Shown piece by piece: positions 19,609 through 29,407 of a DNA stretch of 45,897 bases. Location of the stretch: contig JAUVYS010000003.1 in the NCBI GenBank assembly GCA_030602965.1, forward strand, positions 1-45,897. The letters are read 5' to 3'. A program made the translations under genes and the position numbers. The first letter of the stretch is position 1. Each line of letters begins with the position of its first letter. Below the pieces are notes generated by a model, which had not been told where the DNA came from, did no database searches, and saw only the letters and a list, made by a program, of their open reading frames with translations. The stretch comes from Candidatus Bathyarchaeota archaeon. GTDB lineage: Archaea; Thermoproteota; Bathyarchaeia; RBG-16-48-13; JAGMEO01.

Positions 19609-19752
19609 TTGATTAATTTTCCCTCAGAGTATCTTTTTAAAAGAATGATTATAGAAGAGAGGGTAAACATCTTATTTCAGAGAAGCTTTAACTTAAAAAT
19701 ATTTCGAAACATTCTTTTAGATTTTAGATAATGAAGATGTTGGTTAAATAGA

Positions 19753-20805
19753 TTGATGACGGATGCCCATCATATACAACTGCCAAGAGAAGTTCTTATT
19801 GGACGTGGAGTCTTAAAGAAGATTGGAACAGTGTGTCAAGGACTTGGTTTTTCTTCTTCAGCATTATTAATGACAGGGCCGAAGACATACTACATAGCTG
19901 CTAAGGAGACCATTATCTCTCTGGAAAAAAACGGATTCGATGTAGAAAATTTAATTGTTGAATCTTCCGAGATGAAGTACGTTGTTATGGCTGAAAAAAA
20001 AATTTTGAAACATCATCCTAAAATTGTATTAGGTGTTGGTGGAGGGAAAGTAATTGATGTGGGAAAGATTGCTGCTTCTAGACGTAGTGTGCCCTTCATA
20101 AGTGTTCCTACAACTGCTTCTCATGATGGAATTGCTAGTCCAAGGGCTTCGATAAAGGATTTGGAGCAACCATCATCTGTTCTTGCTCAAACACCTACTG
20201 CTATAATAGCTGATACAGAGATAATTCAAAAGTCCCCCTACAGACTTACAGCAAGTGGTTGTGGAGATATAGTATCAAAGTATACAGCGGTTAGAGACTG
20301 GAAATTAGCTCATAATCTCAAAGGTCAATATTATGGAGAATATGCGGCTAGTTTATCTATGATGAGCGCTAGGTTAGTGATGCGTAATGCCAAGATAATT
20401 AGAAAAACAGAAGAAGGCATAAGCATTGTCCTTGAGGCATTAATAAGTTGTGGTATCGCTATGAGCATTGCTGGAAGCAGTGCACCTTGTAGTGGTGCTG
20501 AACACCTCTTCTCTCACATCTTAGACCAGATAGCGCCAACTCCAGCCTTACATGGTGAACAGTGTGGCGTTGGAGCAATTATGATGGCTTATCTTCACAG
20601 AGCCAACTGGAAACATTTAAGAAATAGTCTTCGCAAGCTCAAAGCTCCTACAACTGCCCAAGAACTTGAAATAGAACCAAGATACATCATCGAAGCTTTA
20701 ACAAAAGCTCACAAGATTAGATCTGATAGATACACAATTCTTGGAAATGACGGTTTAACTGAAGACGAAGCTATTCACCTTGCAAAAACCACCGGAGTAA
20801 TTTAG
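19753..20805 (+). CDS. egsA: Glycerol-1-phosphate dehydrogenase
   Basis: GGGKVIDVGK, PTTASHDGIAS, SGAEHLFSH, HGEQCG, RYTIL. Confidence 0.96.
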   Translation: MMTDAHHIQLPREVLIGRGVLKKIGTVCQGLGFSSSALLMTGPKTYYIAAKETIISLEKNGFDVENLIVESSEMKYVVMAEKKILKHHPKIVLGVGGGKVIDVGKIAASRRSVPFISVPTTASHDGIASPRASIKDLEQPSSVLAQTPTAIIADTEIIQKSPYRLTASGCGDIVSKYTAVRDWKLAHNLKGQYYGEYAASLSMMSARLVMRNAKIIRKTEEGISIVLEALISCGIAMSIAGSSAPCSGAEHLFSHILDQIAPTPALHGEQCGVGAIMMAYLHRANWKHLRNSLRKLKAPTTAQELEIEPRYIIEALTKAHKIRSDRYTILGNDGLTEDEAIHLAKTTGVI

Positions 20806-20815
20806 TAGAATAAAA

Positions 20816-21280
20816 ATGCTAAAAGAAAAAGTACTCATAACGTTTATAGGCGTTCATCAAGCAAAAAAAGGCTTTATTTTTGTCCACGAAGGGCTTTTGA
20901 AGAATTGTGAAGAATGTGATTTTTTCAAAGTATGCATGAAAAATTTAGAGCCAGGACGAATTTATAAGGTTAGAAAAATTCGTCAAAAGAAGTTTCCTTG
21001 TAAAGTTCATGAAAATGGAGTTCAGGTTGTAGAAGTAACTGAAAGTGATATAGAAGCATCTATCCAAGAAAGACAGGCTTTCAATGGATGTGCTATAACC
21101 TTTCAACATCAAGATTGCAATGAGATTTGTTGCTTATATTATGAAAAATGTAAAGTAAATGGCTTAAAGAACGGTGATAAATGCAGAATTATCAAAGTAA
21201 AAGAGAGACTCACTTGCCCTCTTGAGAAGACTCTTGTTTCCGCGGTTTTACATCGGCTGCCTTTGAGCGAGTCTTTTTGA
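20816..21280 (+). CDS. UPF0179 family Cys-rich protein
   Basis: ITFIG...AKKG, CEEC...C..NLEPGRIY, CKVHE; typical egsA neighbour. Confidence 0.85.
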   Translation: MLKEKVLITFIGVHQAKKGFIFVHEGLLKNCEECDFFKVCMKNLEPGRIYKVRKIRQKKFPCKVHENGVQVVEVTESDIEASIQERQAFNGCAITFQHQDCNEICCLYYEKCKVNGLKNGDKCRIIKVKERLTCPLEKTLVSAVLHRLPLSESF

Positions 21281-21953
21281 ATGTCTCAATGATACTTACT
21301 GTCTTTATCTCAGGGAAGAATTTATAGATGTCATTAACTATTCCTCGTTTCGCGAATTGAAGACCTTCAATATAGAAAGCATCCTTAGGCAATTCGATGT
21401 TAGTCTTTGTCTTTGTAACCTTCAAAGCAAAGTCTTCAGCTTTCACTGAGGGAAGTCTTCGATGAATAATTGCTCGTATTTTTTCTTTTTCGTTCTCAAT
21501 TATCTTTTTTAATGTAAGATCGTAAATTAGGGTTCTTCCTGCTAATGGGGGATTGAAATCAACCTGTACACGTCCTGCACCGACAGATCTGATTACAGCA
21601 GATTTTCCACCAATTTCCATTCGCATTCCAGGAACTGGTGTTACTTTTTGTTTTTTGAAGCTTCTTATTGATAGTAATTTGATCTTTTTCGGATCCCTAG
21701 GACCAAAGCCTTTCTCAGGAGGAATAGTAATTGTGGATGATTTTCCCACCTTAAGGGCTGGTAACGCATCATCTAAACTCTTTAGAACCCATCCTTCTCC
21801 AACAACAACGAGCATAGGTTCGTAAGCTCCATTTTCATTAAATGTACCTTTCTCCTTTGCTACATTTTCAATAGTAGTATCAAAAACTTCATCAGTCTCT
21901 TTCACCTTAGCTATATAGTCGATTAGAATAAAGTTTCCTTTTTTTATAGGCAA
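21210..21953 (-). CDS. slyD: Long-type FKBP peptidyl-prolyl isomerase (SlyD-like)
   Basis: IDY, VFDTT, IPPEKGFGPRD, GRVQVDFNPPLAG, plus archaeal C-terminal domain. Confidence 0.9.
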   Translation of the reverse strand: MPIKKGNFILIDYIAKVKETDEVFDTTIENVAKEKGTFNENGAYEPMLVVVGEGWVLKSLDDALPALKVGKSSTITIPPEKGFGPRDPKKIKLLSIRSFKKQKVTPVPGMRMEIGGKSAVIRSVGAGRVQVDFNPPLAGRTLIYDLTLKKIIENEKEKIRAIIHRRLPSVKAEDFALKVTKTKTNIELPKDAFYIEGLQFAKRGIVNDIYKFFPEIKTVSIIETFKKTRSKAADVKPRKQESSQEGK

Positions 21954-22145
21954 GTATCGATCTCCCTTTGATGTTAGTGATTTATTATCTAGATTGATAA
22001 AAATATTTGGTGGCTTATTACTAGAGCGTGTGATTTTTACTATATTTCTAATTTATATAATTGTCATAAAAAAATCTTTCATTTAACCTACAATACTTAA
22101 AATTTACAACTTCCATTTTGAAGTCAAATTATTAGGAGAAATTAC

Positions 22146-22937
22146 ATGATAATTACTCTTCTTTCAGATTTTGGATTACAGGATTCTTATGTAACAGAGA
22201 TGAAGGGCACTATTTTGACTGTTTGTAGTGATGCAACTATTGTTGATATTACACATAATGTAAAAAAGTTCAATATCAAAATGGGAGCTTTTATTTTAGC
22301 TTCTGCAGCGCCACATTTTCCAGAAGGAACCATACATGTTGCAGTCGTAGATCCAGGTGTTGGCACAAAACGACGTCCCATAATAGTTGAAGCTAAGAAC
22401 AGGATTTATGTAGGACCAGATAATGGGTTGCTGATTTTATCAGCCAAAAATGAAGGACTAAAAAGAGTGATCCATGTAACGAACAAACAATTTTTTCATG
22501 AAACGGTTTCAAAAACCTTTCATGGAAGAGATGTTTTTGCGCCAGTAGCGGCTTACCTTGCAAAAGGAGTTAAATCTTCTAAGTTTGGCCAAGAAATAAC
22601 AGATTTCATAAAACCAACATTCGCTGAACCTACAATAAACAGAGAGAAGATAGAGGGTGAGATTCTCCACATAGATGATTTTGGGAACCTTATAACGAAC
22701 ATTTCCCAAACAATTCTAGATAAAACTAAAGCATCAAAAATAAAGCAACTTCAAATTAGTATAGCAAAAAAGAGAAAAATTCTGAGATTCAGCGGAACAT
22801 ATGGCGATGTTTCTGAAGGAACAGCTTTGATATTAATAGGAAGTCATGGGTTCTTAGAGATTGCAGTTAGTCTAGGAAGTGCAAAAAAGGTATTTAATGC
22901 CAAGCTAGGTGATGTGGTTGAGGTTCATTTATCTTAG
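22146..22937 (+). CDS. SAM hydroxide adenosyltransferase (DUF62; chlorinase/fluorinase family)
   Basis: LLSDFG, VVDPGVGTKRR, GPDNG, TFHGRDVFAP, DDFGNLITN. Confidence 0.92.
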   Translation: MIITLLSDFGLQDSYVTEMKGTILTVCSDATIVDITHNVKKFNIKMGAFILASAAPHFPEGTIHVAVVDPGVGTKRRPIIVEAKNRIYVGPDNGLLILSAKNEGLKRVIHVTNKQFFHETVSKTFHGRDVFAPVAAYLAKGVKSSKFGQEITDFIKPTFAEPTINREKIEGEILHIDDFGNLITNISQTILDKTKASKIKQLQISIAKKRKILRFSGTYGDVSEGTALILIGSHGFLEIAVSLGSAKKVFNAKLGDVVEVHLS

Positions 22938-22979
22938 AACATTTTGAAGGATTAATGGAATAAATCTTACTCAGAAACT

Positions 22980-23255
22980 TTATTCAAGTCTCTTTATAAT
23001 GTGATAACCAAATTTTGTTTTTATAGTAGGTGAAGTCTGTCCCTTCTTAAGAGTAAAAGCTGTTTTCTCAAACTCCTTCACCATTTTTCCTCTACTAAAG
23101 AATCCAAGGTCACCGCCACGGTTTCTTGAAGGACAAAGTGAAACTTCCTTTGCAATTTTTGCAAATTTTTCATCTTTTTTTAAACGCTCGAGAATAGTAT
23201 CAGCTTCCTGCTTGGTCTTTACTAGAATATGAGCACAATGTACTTTATTTGACAT
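22980..23255 (-). CDS. ppiC: Single-domain parvulin peptidyl-prolyl isomerase
   Basis: HCAHILV, SLCPS, GGDLG, GKMVKEFE, TKFGYHII; start ATG 23255. Confidence 0.93.
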   Translation of the reverse strand: MSNKVHCAHILVKTKQEADTILERLKKDEKFAKIAKEVSLCPSRNRGGDLGFFSRGKMVKEFEKTAFTLKKGQTSPTIKTKFGYHIIKRLE

Positions 23256-23306
23256 ACAAATCAAAACTCATGAAACAACAGAGATATGAGATTAATTTCT
23301 TGTTTT

Positions 23307-23840
23307 TTAAACTTTGTTAGATAAAGCAAGTTCTTTAATTCTTGAAACACCATCTATACTTTTAATGTAACTTGCCACCCTTTTTGAAAGTAGTTCCTCC
23401 CAGTTGTCATCGTTCAGGATTCTTTTTCTGACTTCAGTCGCTGAATAGATTTCGCGGTGCAAGAATAGTATGTTTTCTACGCTGAAATTTGCTTCTTTGA
23501 ATAAGCGACAAGTAAGAGGATCGTTTGAATATACAACGTCAAAGTGGGGTGTAAGAACACAGACTTCGTTTACCCAGATGGCATGAGCCTTTGCATCTGG
23601 AACTGGAATTATTAAAAATTTCTTTTGATCAAATCCCTCTTCATCTAAAGTAGCTTTTATCATTGTGATACGTTCACCCGCTGTAAAAGGGTTGTCTAAT
23701 TCATGGCTCAACTGGGAGCTCCCCACAATTATTATTAGTTCATCTACGGATTCTAGTAATTTCTTAACAATCTTAATGTGACCAATATGAAAAGGCTGAA
23801 ATCTTCCTACAAAAAGTCCTCGTCTTATCTGCTTTTCCAT
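23307..23840 (-). CDS. nadM: Nicotinamide-nucleotide adenylyltransferase
   Basis: GRFQPFHIGH, NPFTAGER, SATEVR. Confidence 0.94.
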   Translation of the reverse strand: MEKQIRRGLFVGRFQPFHIGHIKIVKKLLESVDELIIIVGSSQLSHELDNPFTAGERITMIKATLDEEGFDQKKFLIIPVPDAKAHAIWVNEVCVLTPHFDVVYSNDPLTCRLFKEANFSVENILFLHREIYSATEVRKRILNDDNWEELLSKRVASYIKSIDGVSRIKELALSNKV

Positions 23841-23879
23841 TTAATCACCACGTACATTTTTTAAAATTGATCATATATT

Positions 23880-24449
23880 TTATGGCATAAAAAGGTGTGT
23901 TGGATCAACATATATAACAGAACCCGTTTTTGTTCTAAATTTCACACCTTCTTTTCTAAGAAGAAGGCACTTTATTTCTAGGCCAAGACCATACCCACCT
24001 AAACTTAGATCGTAATATACTACTCGACGACAAGGAACAATTGGCGGAAAAGGTTGCTAGCCATAATATTTCCAACTGCTCTTGCCGCTTTTCTTCTTGA
24101 TAATGAAGAAGCGATACTACCATAAGTACTGACAAAGCCGTATGGAATACCAATTACCGTTTCCAAAACCTTTCTTGTGAAAAAGGGGAGATAATTCATT
24201 TTTAATTCGAAGTTGAAATTCCCCTTTTTTCCCTCACATATATTACTGATAGCTTTGAAAAGTTTCTTTACATACTCATCCTCCTTTTTTTTCCATGATA
24301 CAATTGTTTAAAGGTATTTTCTCTAACACGTAGCTAACGGCTTCTTCTCTGCCTTTAACAGAGAAACTGCAGCATACAATTTATCCGTCTTCACTTAAAG
24401 CTAAAGAGAACCACAATTTTCCTTTTTTACAAGAGTGAATAGAAAGCAA
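23880..24449 (-). pseudogene. ogt: Decayed methylated-DNA--protein-cysteine methyltransferase (Ogt/MGMT)
   Basis: Across frames: IPYGFVSTYGSIA, AARAVGNIMASN, (P)FPPIVPCRRVV, LGGYGLG..IK..LL.KEG; internal TAA at 24381-24383, frameshifts near 24285-24292 and 24052. Confidence 0.88.
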
Positions 24450-24508
24450 ACTGTTTCAATTAACGATACTGTATTAAGCACGAGTTAAAAGTTTAGATTG
24501 AGAAAAAT

Positions 24509-25579
24509 TTGATTGAAATAAATGGCTTTATGGGAGAAGGCGGGGGACAAATTATTAGAACAAGCGTGGCCCTTGCGACGCTTCTGGGAAAAAAAATTCA
24601 CGTCTTTAATGTGAGAGCAAAACGATCTCCAAAAGGTTTTAGACCTCAACACATTATTGGAGTAAAGACAGTTGCAGCTTTGGCAAAAGCAGAAGTCAAA
24701 GGGTTGAATGTAGGATCAACAGACTTGGTGTTTATTCCTAAAGCAAGGCTTTCTGGAGAATTTATTTTTAATATTGGAACAGCCGGGAGTATATCATTGG
24801 TTTTACAATCACTAATGCCAGCAGCTGCTTTCACATCAGGAAAAGTGAGGTTTACTATAACTGGTGGAACTGATGTGAGATGGAGCCCAACTATAGATTA
24901 CATCAAGTATGTCAAACTTCCCATTCTAAAAAAAATGGGTTACAATGCTACACTATCAGTTTTAAGACGGGGACATTACCCAAAGGGTGGAGGTAAGGTA
25001 GCCATAGAGATTCAACCTCTTAAAAAAATCGAACCTATTAACATCACTGATTTTGGAAGCGTAAAGAAGATAAAAGGAGTGAGTCATTGTGTAAAACTAC
25101 CAAAGCATGTTGCTGAAAGACAAGCAAAAGCAGCTACTGCAGTTTTAAACCAAAGCGGTTTTAAAGATGTAATTGTGTCAACAGAATGGTATTCCTCTGA
25201 AAAAGACCAACATTTTGGTCCTGGGAGCGGTATTATTCTGTATGCTGAAACTACTTCAGACTCTGTAATTGGAGCTGATGCTCTTGGGGAGAAGGGAAAA
25301 CCTGCAGAGAAAGTAGGCACTGAAGCTGCGAACAAGTTAGTAAAAGAGTTACAATCAAAAATGCCAATCGATCGACATATGGCTGATATGTTAGTGCCAT
25401 ATATGGCTATTGCAGATGGAGAATCAATCATCAAGGTTTCAGAAATTACTACGCATCTACTTACTAACGTCAAGATTGCTACTCTAGTTGCAGGGGTCAA
25501 GTTCAAGATTGAAGGGCAATTAAAGTTTTCAGGAAAGATTTCAGTTAAAGGTCTTGGCTTAATAAACGATTTTTTCTGA
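24509..25579 (+). CDS. rtcA: RNA 3'-terminal phosphate cyclase
   Basis: EGGGQIIR, RPQH, TAGSISL, GGTDV, RGHYPKGGG, DRHMADML, HLLTN. Confidence 0.95.
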   Translation: MIEINGFMGEGGGQIIRTSVALATLLGKKIHVFNVRAKRSPKGFRPQHIIGVKTVAALAKAEVKGLNVGSTDLVFIPKARLSGEFIFNIGTAGSISLVLQSLMPAAAFTSGKVRFTITGGTDVRWSPTIDYIKYVKLPILKKMGYNATLSVLRRGHYPKGGGKVAIEIQPLKKIEPINITDFGSVKKIKGVSHCVKLPKHVAERQAKAATAVLNQSGFKDVIVSTEWYSSEKDQHFGPGSGIILYAETTSDSVIGADALGEKGKPAEKVGTEAANKLVKELQSKMPIDRHMADMLVPYMAIADGESIIKVSEITTHLLTNVKIATLVAGVKFKIEGQLKFSGKISVKGLGLINDFF

Positions 25580-26594
25580 GATTTTCATAATTAACGTTTA
25601 TAAGCCCAAGGGCTTCTTCAAAGACCTCTTGAACCCCTTTCCCTTCTTTAGCAACAATCTCGTAAACATGATTTGTAAAATTTCTTTTTACTCTCTTAAG
25701 AGAGGCTTGGTCAACCAAGTCTATTTTATTTATGACTTTTATTAACGGAATGCCTACAAACATTTTACTGATCTCTCTGAATAGACTTAATTGCCGTTCA
25801 AAAGAATAACCACAGGTCTCAGAAGGATCAGTAATGAAGATAATCGCATGAGCAAGATGTTTTAATGCAATTATGGCTTGAAGCTCGATAGGGTTTCTCT
25901 CTTTTAAAGGCCTGTCTAACAGGCCAGGGGTATCGATGATTTGACAATGATTTAACTCTGTTTTCTTATGCCCAACTACAACCCCCTTTGTTGTGAAGGG
26001 GTAACTGTTGATTTCTGGTTTAGCTGTAGAAATTTGCTTAACAAAAGTTGACTTTCCAACATTCGCATATCCAGCTACAACTACCGTTCTAATACTTGGA
26101 TCAATGGAAGGAAGTTTTCTAAGCTTAGCCCCCGCTTCTTTTAGGAACTCTAAGTCTTTTCCGATCTGGAAAATTACAGATGACATTCTTCCATATGCCT
26201 TACGTCTCAAATTGGCTGCACCAATGGGCGTCATAACCCGTTTGACAGCTCGTGAATTTTTCTTAACGAAGCCATTTATCATTTTGACAGCCCATTTCAA
26301 CGCAGCTAGACTTTTCTTGAGATTCCCCACACCAACAAGGACATCTGCAAGTTCATAGTAGAATGGATGAACTTCATCAAGCCTTGGGAACTTCTTTATA
26401 ATAATTTTGAGCTTGACGATTATAATATTTCCAGCATTTTTTATACGAAACGCTTCTCTTATACGTGCTTTGGCTCGAGGAGATCTTTTAGAGGAAACAT
26501 CTACAACAGCTTTCGAAGTTCTACGAAACGCTAAATCGATTAGCTCATCTGCCAGTAGTACCGTACCTAAGTCACTAAATGGTTGCTTAGCCAA
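25545..26594 (-). CDS. NOG1-family GTPase (Obg superfamily)
   Basis: HPFYYEL, GYANVGKST, YPFTTK, DTPGLLDRP..ERN.IE, NKID; probable TTG start at 26594 (ORF extends to 26615). Confidence 0.92.
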   Translation of the reverse strand: MAKQPFSDLGTVLLADELIDLAFRRTSKAVVDVSSKRSPRAKARIREAFRIKNAGNIIIVKLKIIIKKFPRLDEVHPFYYELADVLVGVGNLKKSLAALKWAVKMINGFVKKNSRAVKRVMTPIGAANLRRKAYGRMSSVIFQIGKDLEFLKEAGAKLRKLPSIDPSIRTVVVAGYANVGKSTFVKQISTAKPEINSYPFTTKGVVVGHKKTELNHCQIIDTPGLLDRPLKERNPIELQAIIALKHLAHAIIFITDPSETCGYSFERQLSLFREISKMFVGIPLIKVINKIDLVDQASLKRVKRNFTNHVYEIVAKEGKGVQEVFEEALGLINVNYENLRKNRLLSQDL

Positions 26595-26850
26595 GTCTTT
26601 TTCTCCATACGACAAATCCGTTCAATGAGTTTCTGACCTCAATGACACGATGGAAAGGTATTACGACCTCATTATTTTCATATGTGAAGTATGAAGAAGC
26701 AACTTTCGTTATTTTATCGCAAGATGTTTGTTTCCTATTCATGTAAGCACCACGATGAATAAACGTAACTTCATAATTTTCTAGTTTTTCATTCTTATTC
26801 CAGAAAATTTTATTCAGTACTTCACGAAGAGTCAAATGATTGTTCCTCAA
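26587..26850 (-). CDS. DUF504/MJ1316 (UPF0248) RNA-repair-associated domain protein
   Basis: LREVLNKIFW, FIHRG, IPFHRV, VWRKR. Confidence 0.85.
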   Translation of the reverse strand: MRNNHLTLREVLNKIFWNKNEKLENYEVTFIHRGAYMNRKQTSCDKITKVASSYFTYENNEVVIPFHRVIEVRNSLNGFVVWRKRLG

Positions 26851-26923
26851 CGATACAGATTTATTTCACAATAATGGTTTAATAGTTAAAGTTATAAGTT
26901 CGATGACATTGAAGGGAAATTTT

Positions 26924-27538
26924 TTGAGTCGAGAGAGATTGTTTATTCCTGGGGCCTCAACTATAGGCATTGTCTGTAAGGATGGAATAATCCTTACATC
27001 AGAGAAACGTGTTTCTTATGGATATATGATACAAAGTAAAACAGGCAAAAAAGTTTTCAAAATAACAAAAAGCATAGGCGCTGCATGTGCTGGATTAGTA
27101 GCAGATATGCAGATCATGATAAGGGAGATTTCAGCCTATACGAAGATCTATGAATTGGATAAAGGAAAGCCAATATCAGTAAAAAGCGCAGCAAAGCTAA
27201 TGTCAAACATGCTCTTCCAGAGAAGGTTGTTTCCGTACTTAACACAAACAATAATCGGCGGAATAGACAATCACGGGCCAAACTTATATGTCCTAGATGC
27301 ATTGGGGTCACTAATACCAGACAAATATGCTGCGGTAGGCTCTGGAGCCGAAATTGCTCTCGGAGTACTCGAGGTAGCATATAAAGATGGTTTGGATGTT
27401 TCTGAAGGAAAGGAACTAGCTTTAAAAACTATTAAATCGGCTGTAGCAAGGGATGCAGCAAGTGGTGATGGAGTAGACATCCTTGTAATTACAAAAGAAA
27501 GAATGACAGAGGAAACCATGCTATTAGCGCAAACTTGA
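26924..27538 (+). CDS. psmB: Second proteasome beta subunit, lacking catalytic Thr1
   Basis: PG|ASTIGIVC, EKRVS, GSGAEIA, RDAASGDG; likely TTG start at 26924. Confidence 0.9.
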   Translation: MSRERLFIPGASTIGIVCKDGIILTSEKRVSYGYMIQSKTGKKVFKITKSIGAACAGLVADMQIMIREISAYTKIYELDKGKPISVKSAAKLMSNMLFQRRLFPYLTQTIIGGIDNHGPNLYVLDALGSLIPDKYAAVGSGAEIALGVLEVAYKDGLDVSEGKELALKTIKSAVARDAASGDGVDILVITKERMTEETMLLAQT

Positions 27539-27698
27539 ATGCCTATCAAAACAGACATTTTATAATAATATATAATTTATTTTTTGTTCAAGATTTACTT
27601 ATAATTATAAAATTTTTCATGAATAGATAAAATAATCTTCAAGAATTAGTTACATTGCACCAAATAGTTTTGTCAAAAATAAGGAAAAAGGTAGTGCC

Positions 27699-28661
27699 TT
27701 GCAAAAATCTCAACTCTTACCCGATGGCTTATTGGGCGTTTTTAGAAAACAGAAATACCAACTTGTAGGAAGACATGCTGCTGTCAAGAAGTGTCGTTGG
27801 CTTCATAAAAGTTTAGTTGAAGATCGTTCTTGCTATAAAAATAAGTTCTTTGGAATTAAGAGTTGGGGATGTATCCAGATGACTCCCACCGTTGCCTATT
27901 GTACTTTGCGTTGTAAATTCTGTTGGAGAGTTCAACCAGACGAAATAAACATTCCCTTTGATGAAACCCTTTTGCCAAACTGGAATGAACCATCATATAT
28001 AGTCAATGAATGTATTAAAGCTCAACTTCGTATATTAAGTGGGTACAAATCAAACCCTAAGATCAATAGGAAAAGATATAATGAAGCGTTAGAACCACAA
28101 CATGTAGCCATAAGTTTAGCTGGAGAACCTACGCTTTATCCAGAGCTTGGAGAGCTAATTAAAGAGTTCCATCGAAGGAACTTTACAACGTTTGTCGTGA
28201 CAAATGGAACAGTACCTGAAGCTCTTGAAGCTCTTGATGAAGAACCTACGCAACTTTATATTTCTGTATGTGCACCAGATGAAAAAATTTTTCGGATGAC
28301 CTGTCGGCCAAAAATCTCTCAAGCATGGCAGAAAATAACTAAATCACTCGAGTTACTTTCCAGTTTTAATTGTCCAACTGTTATAAGGCACACCTTAGTC
28401 CGCAATCTCAACATGAAATATCCTAAAAAATATGCGAAAATCACCAATACATATAATCCAACGTACATTGAACCGAAGGCCTATGTGTATGTTGGTTACT
28501 CAAGAAAGAGATTGAGATTTGAAGACATGCCAATACACACAGAGATCAAAAACTTTGCTGAAGAACTGAGTGCTTTAACAGGGTACAAGATATTGGATGA
28601 AGCACGTGATAGTCGTGTTGTGTTGTTAAGCCGGTTAGAAAAACCTATTAGGTTTCTTTAA
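27699..28661 (+). CDS. taw1: tRNA 4-demethylwyosine synthase (radical SAM)
   Basis: HAAVKKCRW, CYKNKFFGI, CTLRCKFCWR, SLAGEPT, EPKAYVYVG. Confidence 0.95.
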   Translation: MQKSQLLPDGLLGVFRKQKYQLVGRHAAVKKCRWLHKSLVEDRSCYKNKFFGIKSWGCIQMTPTVAYCTLRCKFCWRVQPDEINIPFDETLLPNWNEPSYIVNECIKAQLRILSGYKSNPKINRKRYNEALEPQHVAISLAGEPTLYPELGELIKEFHRRNFTTFVVTNGTVPEALEALDEEPTQLYISVCAPDEKIFRMTCRPKISQAWQKITKSLELLSSFNCPTVIRHTLVRNLNMKYPKKYAKITNTYNPTYIEPKAYVYVGYSRKRLRFEDMPIHTEIKNFAEELSALTGYKILDEARDSRVVLLSRLEKPIRFL

Positions 28662-28683
28662 CGTCAATCTCATTATTCCAATC

Positions 28684-29331
28684 GTGGTTATACCGTTGTC
28701 ACTAAAAAAAATAATTAAGATCCTCCAAAAAGAGTTGAATAAAAAAGATAACGTTCGAGAACAAATTCTATCAAATTCAAGAACTGTTACTAGAATATCA
28801 AAACACGCTATTCTAATGACCCATCAAGGTAGAAACAAAGAAGCTGAAAAAAAACTTGGACAAGCTAAAAAAGAATTGGCAAAAATCAAGAAGATTTCTT
28901 CACCTTATCCTGATCTAGCTTCCATGGGTGCCCTAAGAGCCGCATACGAAGAATATGTAGAAGCCTGGGCTTTCTTAAAGTTTGTAAAGGGTGAAGAGTT
29001 TCTGAATCCAAAGAAGTTCGAGATACCTACAATACCTTATCTTCAAGGGCTTGCTGACTTAATAGGTGAGTTGAGGAGAAAAGCTTTAGATTCTCTGAGG
29101 ATTGGTGATTTAGAGACTTCTGAAAAATGCCTTGAAACAATGGAAGAAGTGTATCTTGAACTCATGTCTCTTGAAAATGTCCATGGTTTAGCCCCAAATA
29201 TAAGAAGAAAAGTTGACGTATCAAGAAAAATAATTGAGGCGACTAGAGGAGACATAACATCAGAAAGCAGGCGGAGTTTACTAGCAACTTCGCTTAAAAA
29301 CCTAAAGAAGCAGCTCAATAGCAAATTATGA
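28684..29331 (+). CDS. Translin/TRAX (C3PO) family protein
   Basis: EEYVEA, YLQGLADLIGELRR, RRKVDV. Confidence 0.9.
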   Translation: MVIPLSLKKIIKILQKELNKKDNVREQILSNSRTVTRISKHAILMTHQGRNKEAEKKLGQAKKELAKIKKISSPYPDLASMGALRAAYEEYVEAWAFLKFVKGEEFLNPKKFEIPTIPYLQGLADLIGELRRKALDSLRIGDLETSEKCLETMEEVYLELMSLENVHGLAPNIRRKVDVSRKIIEATRGDITSESRRSLLATSLKNLKKQLNSKL

Positions 29332-29407
29332 GAAAATTTCTAGCTGTTCTTGAAGTTTCAAACATGTTATTTACAAGAGTACGCCTCAGATCTGGGAGCT
29401 CAATTGT

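Noticed and set aside
22146-22937. Fluorinase/chlorinase (halogenation) activity
   Set aside because: The DPGVG, R and FHGRD residues match the widespread hydrolytic DUF62 subgroup, and there is no secondary-metabolite context
23956-24153. 65-aa ORF in the track
   Set aside because: Off-frame overlap of the ogt pseudogene
26840-26923. Long N-terminal extensions in the track for psmB2 (also ndk, rpl24e, rpoN, rpl13, ef1b, fen)
   Set aside because: They overlap neighbouring genes or promoters; downstream starts fit family lengths better
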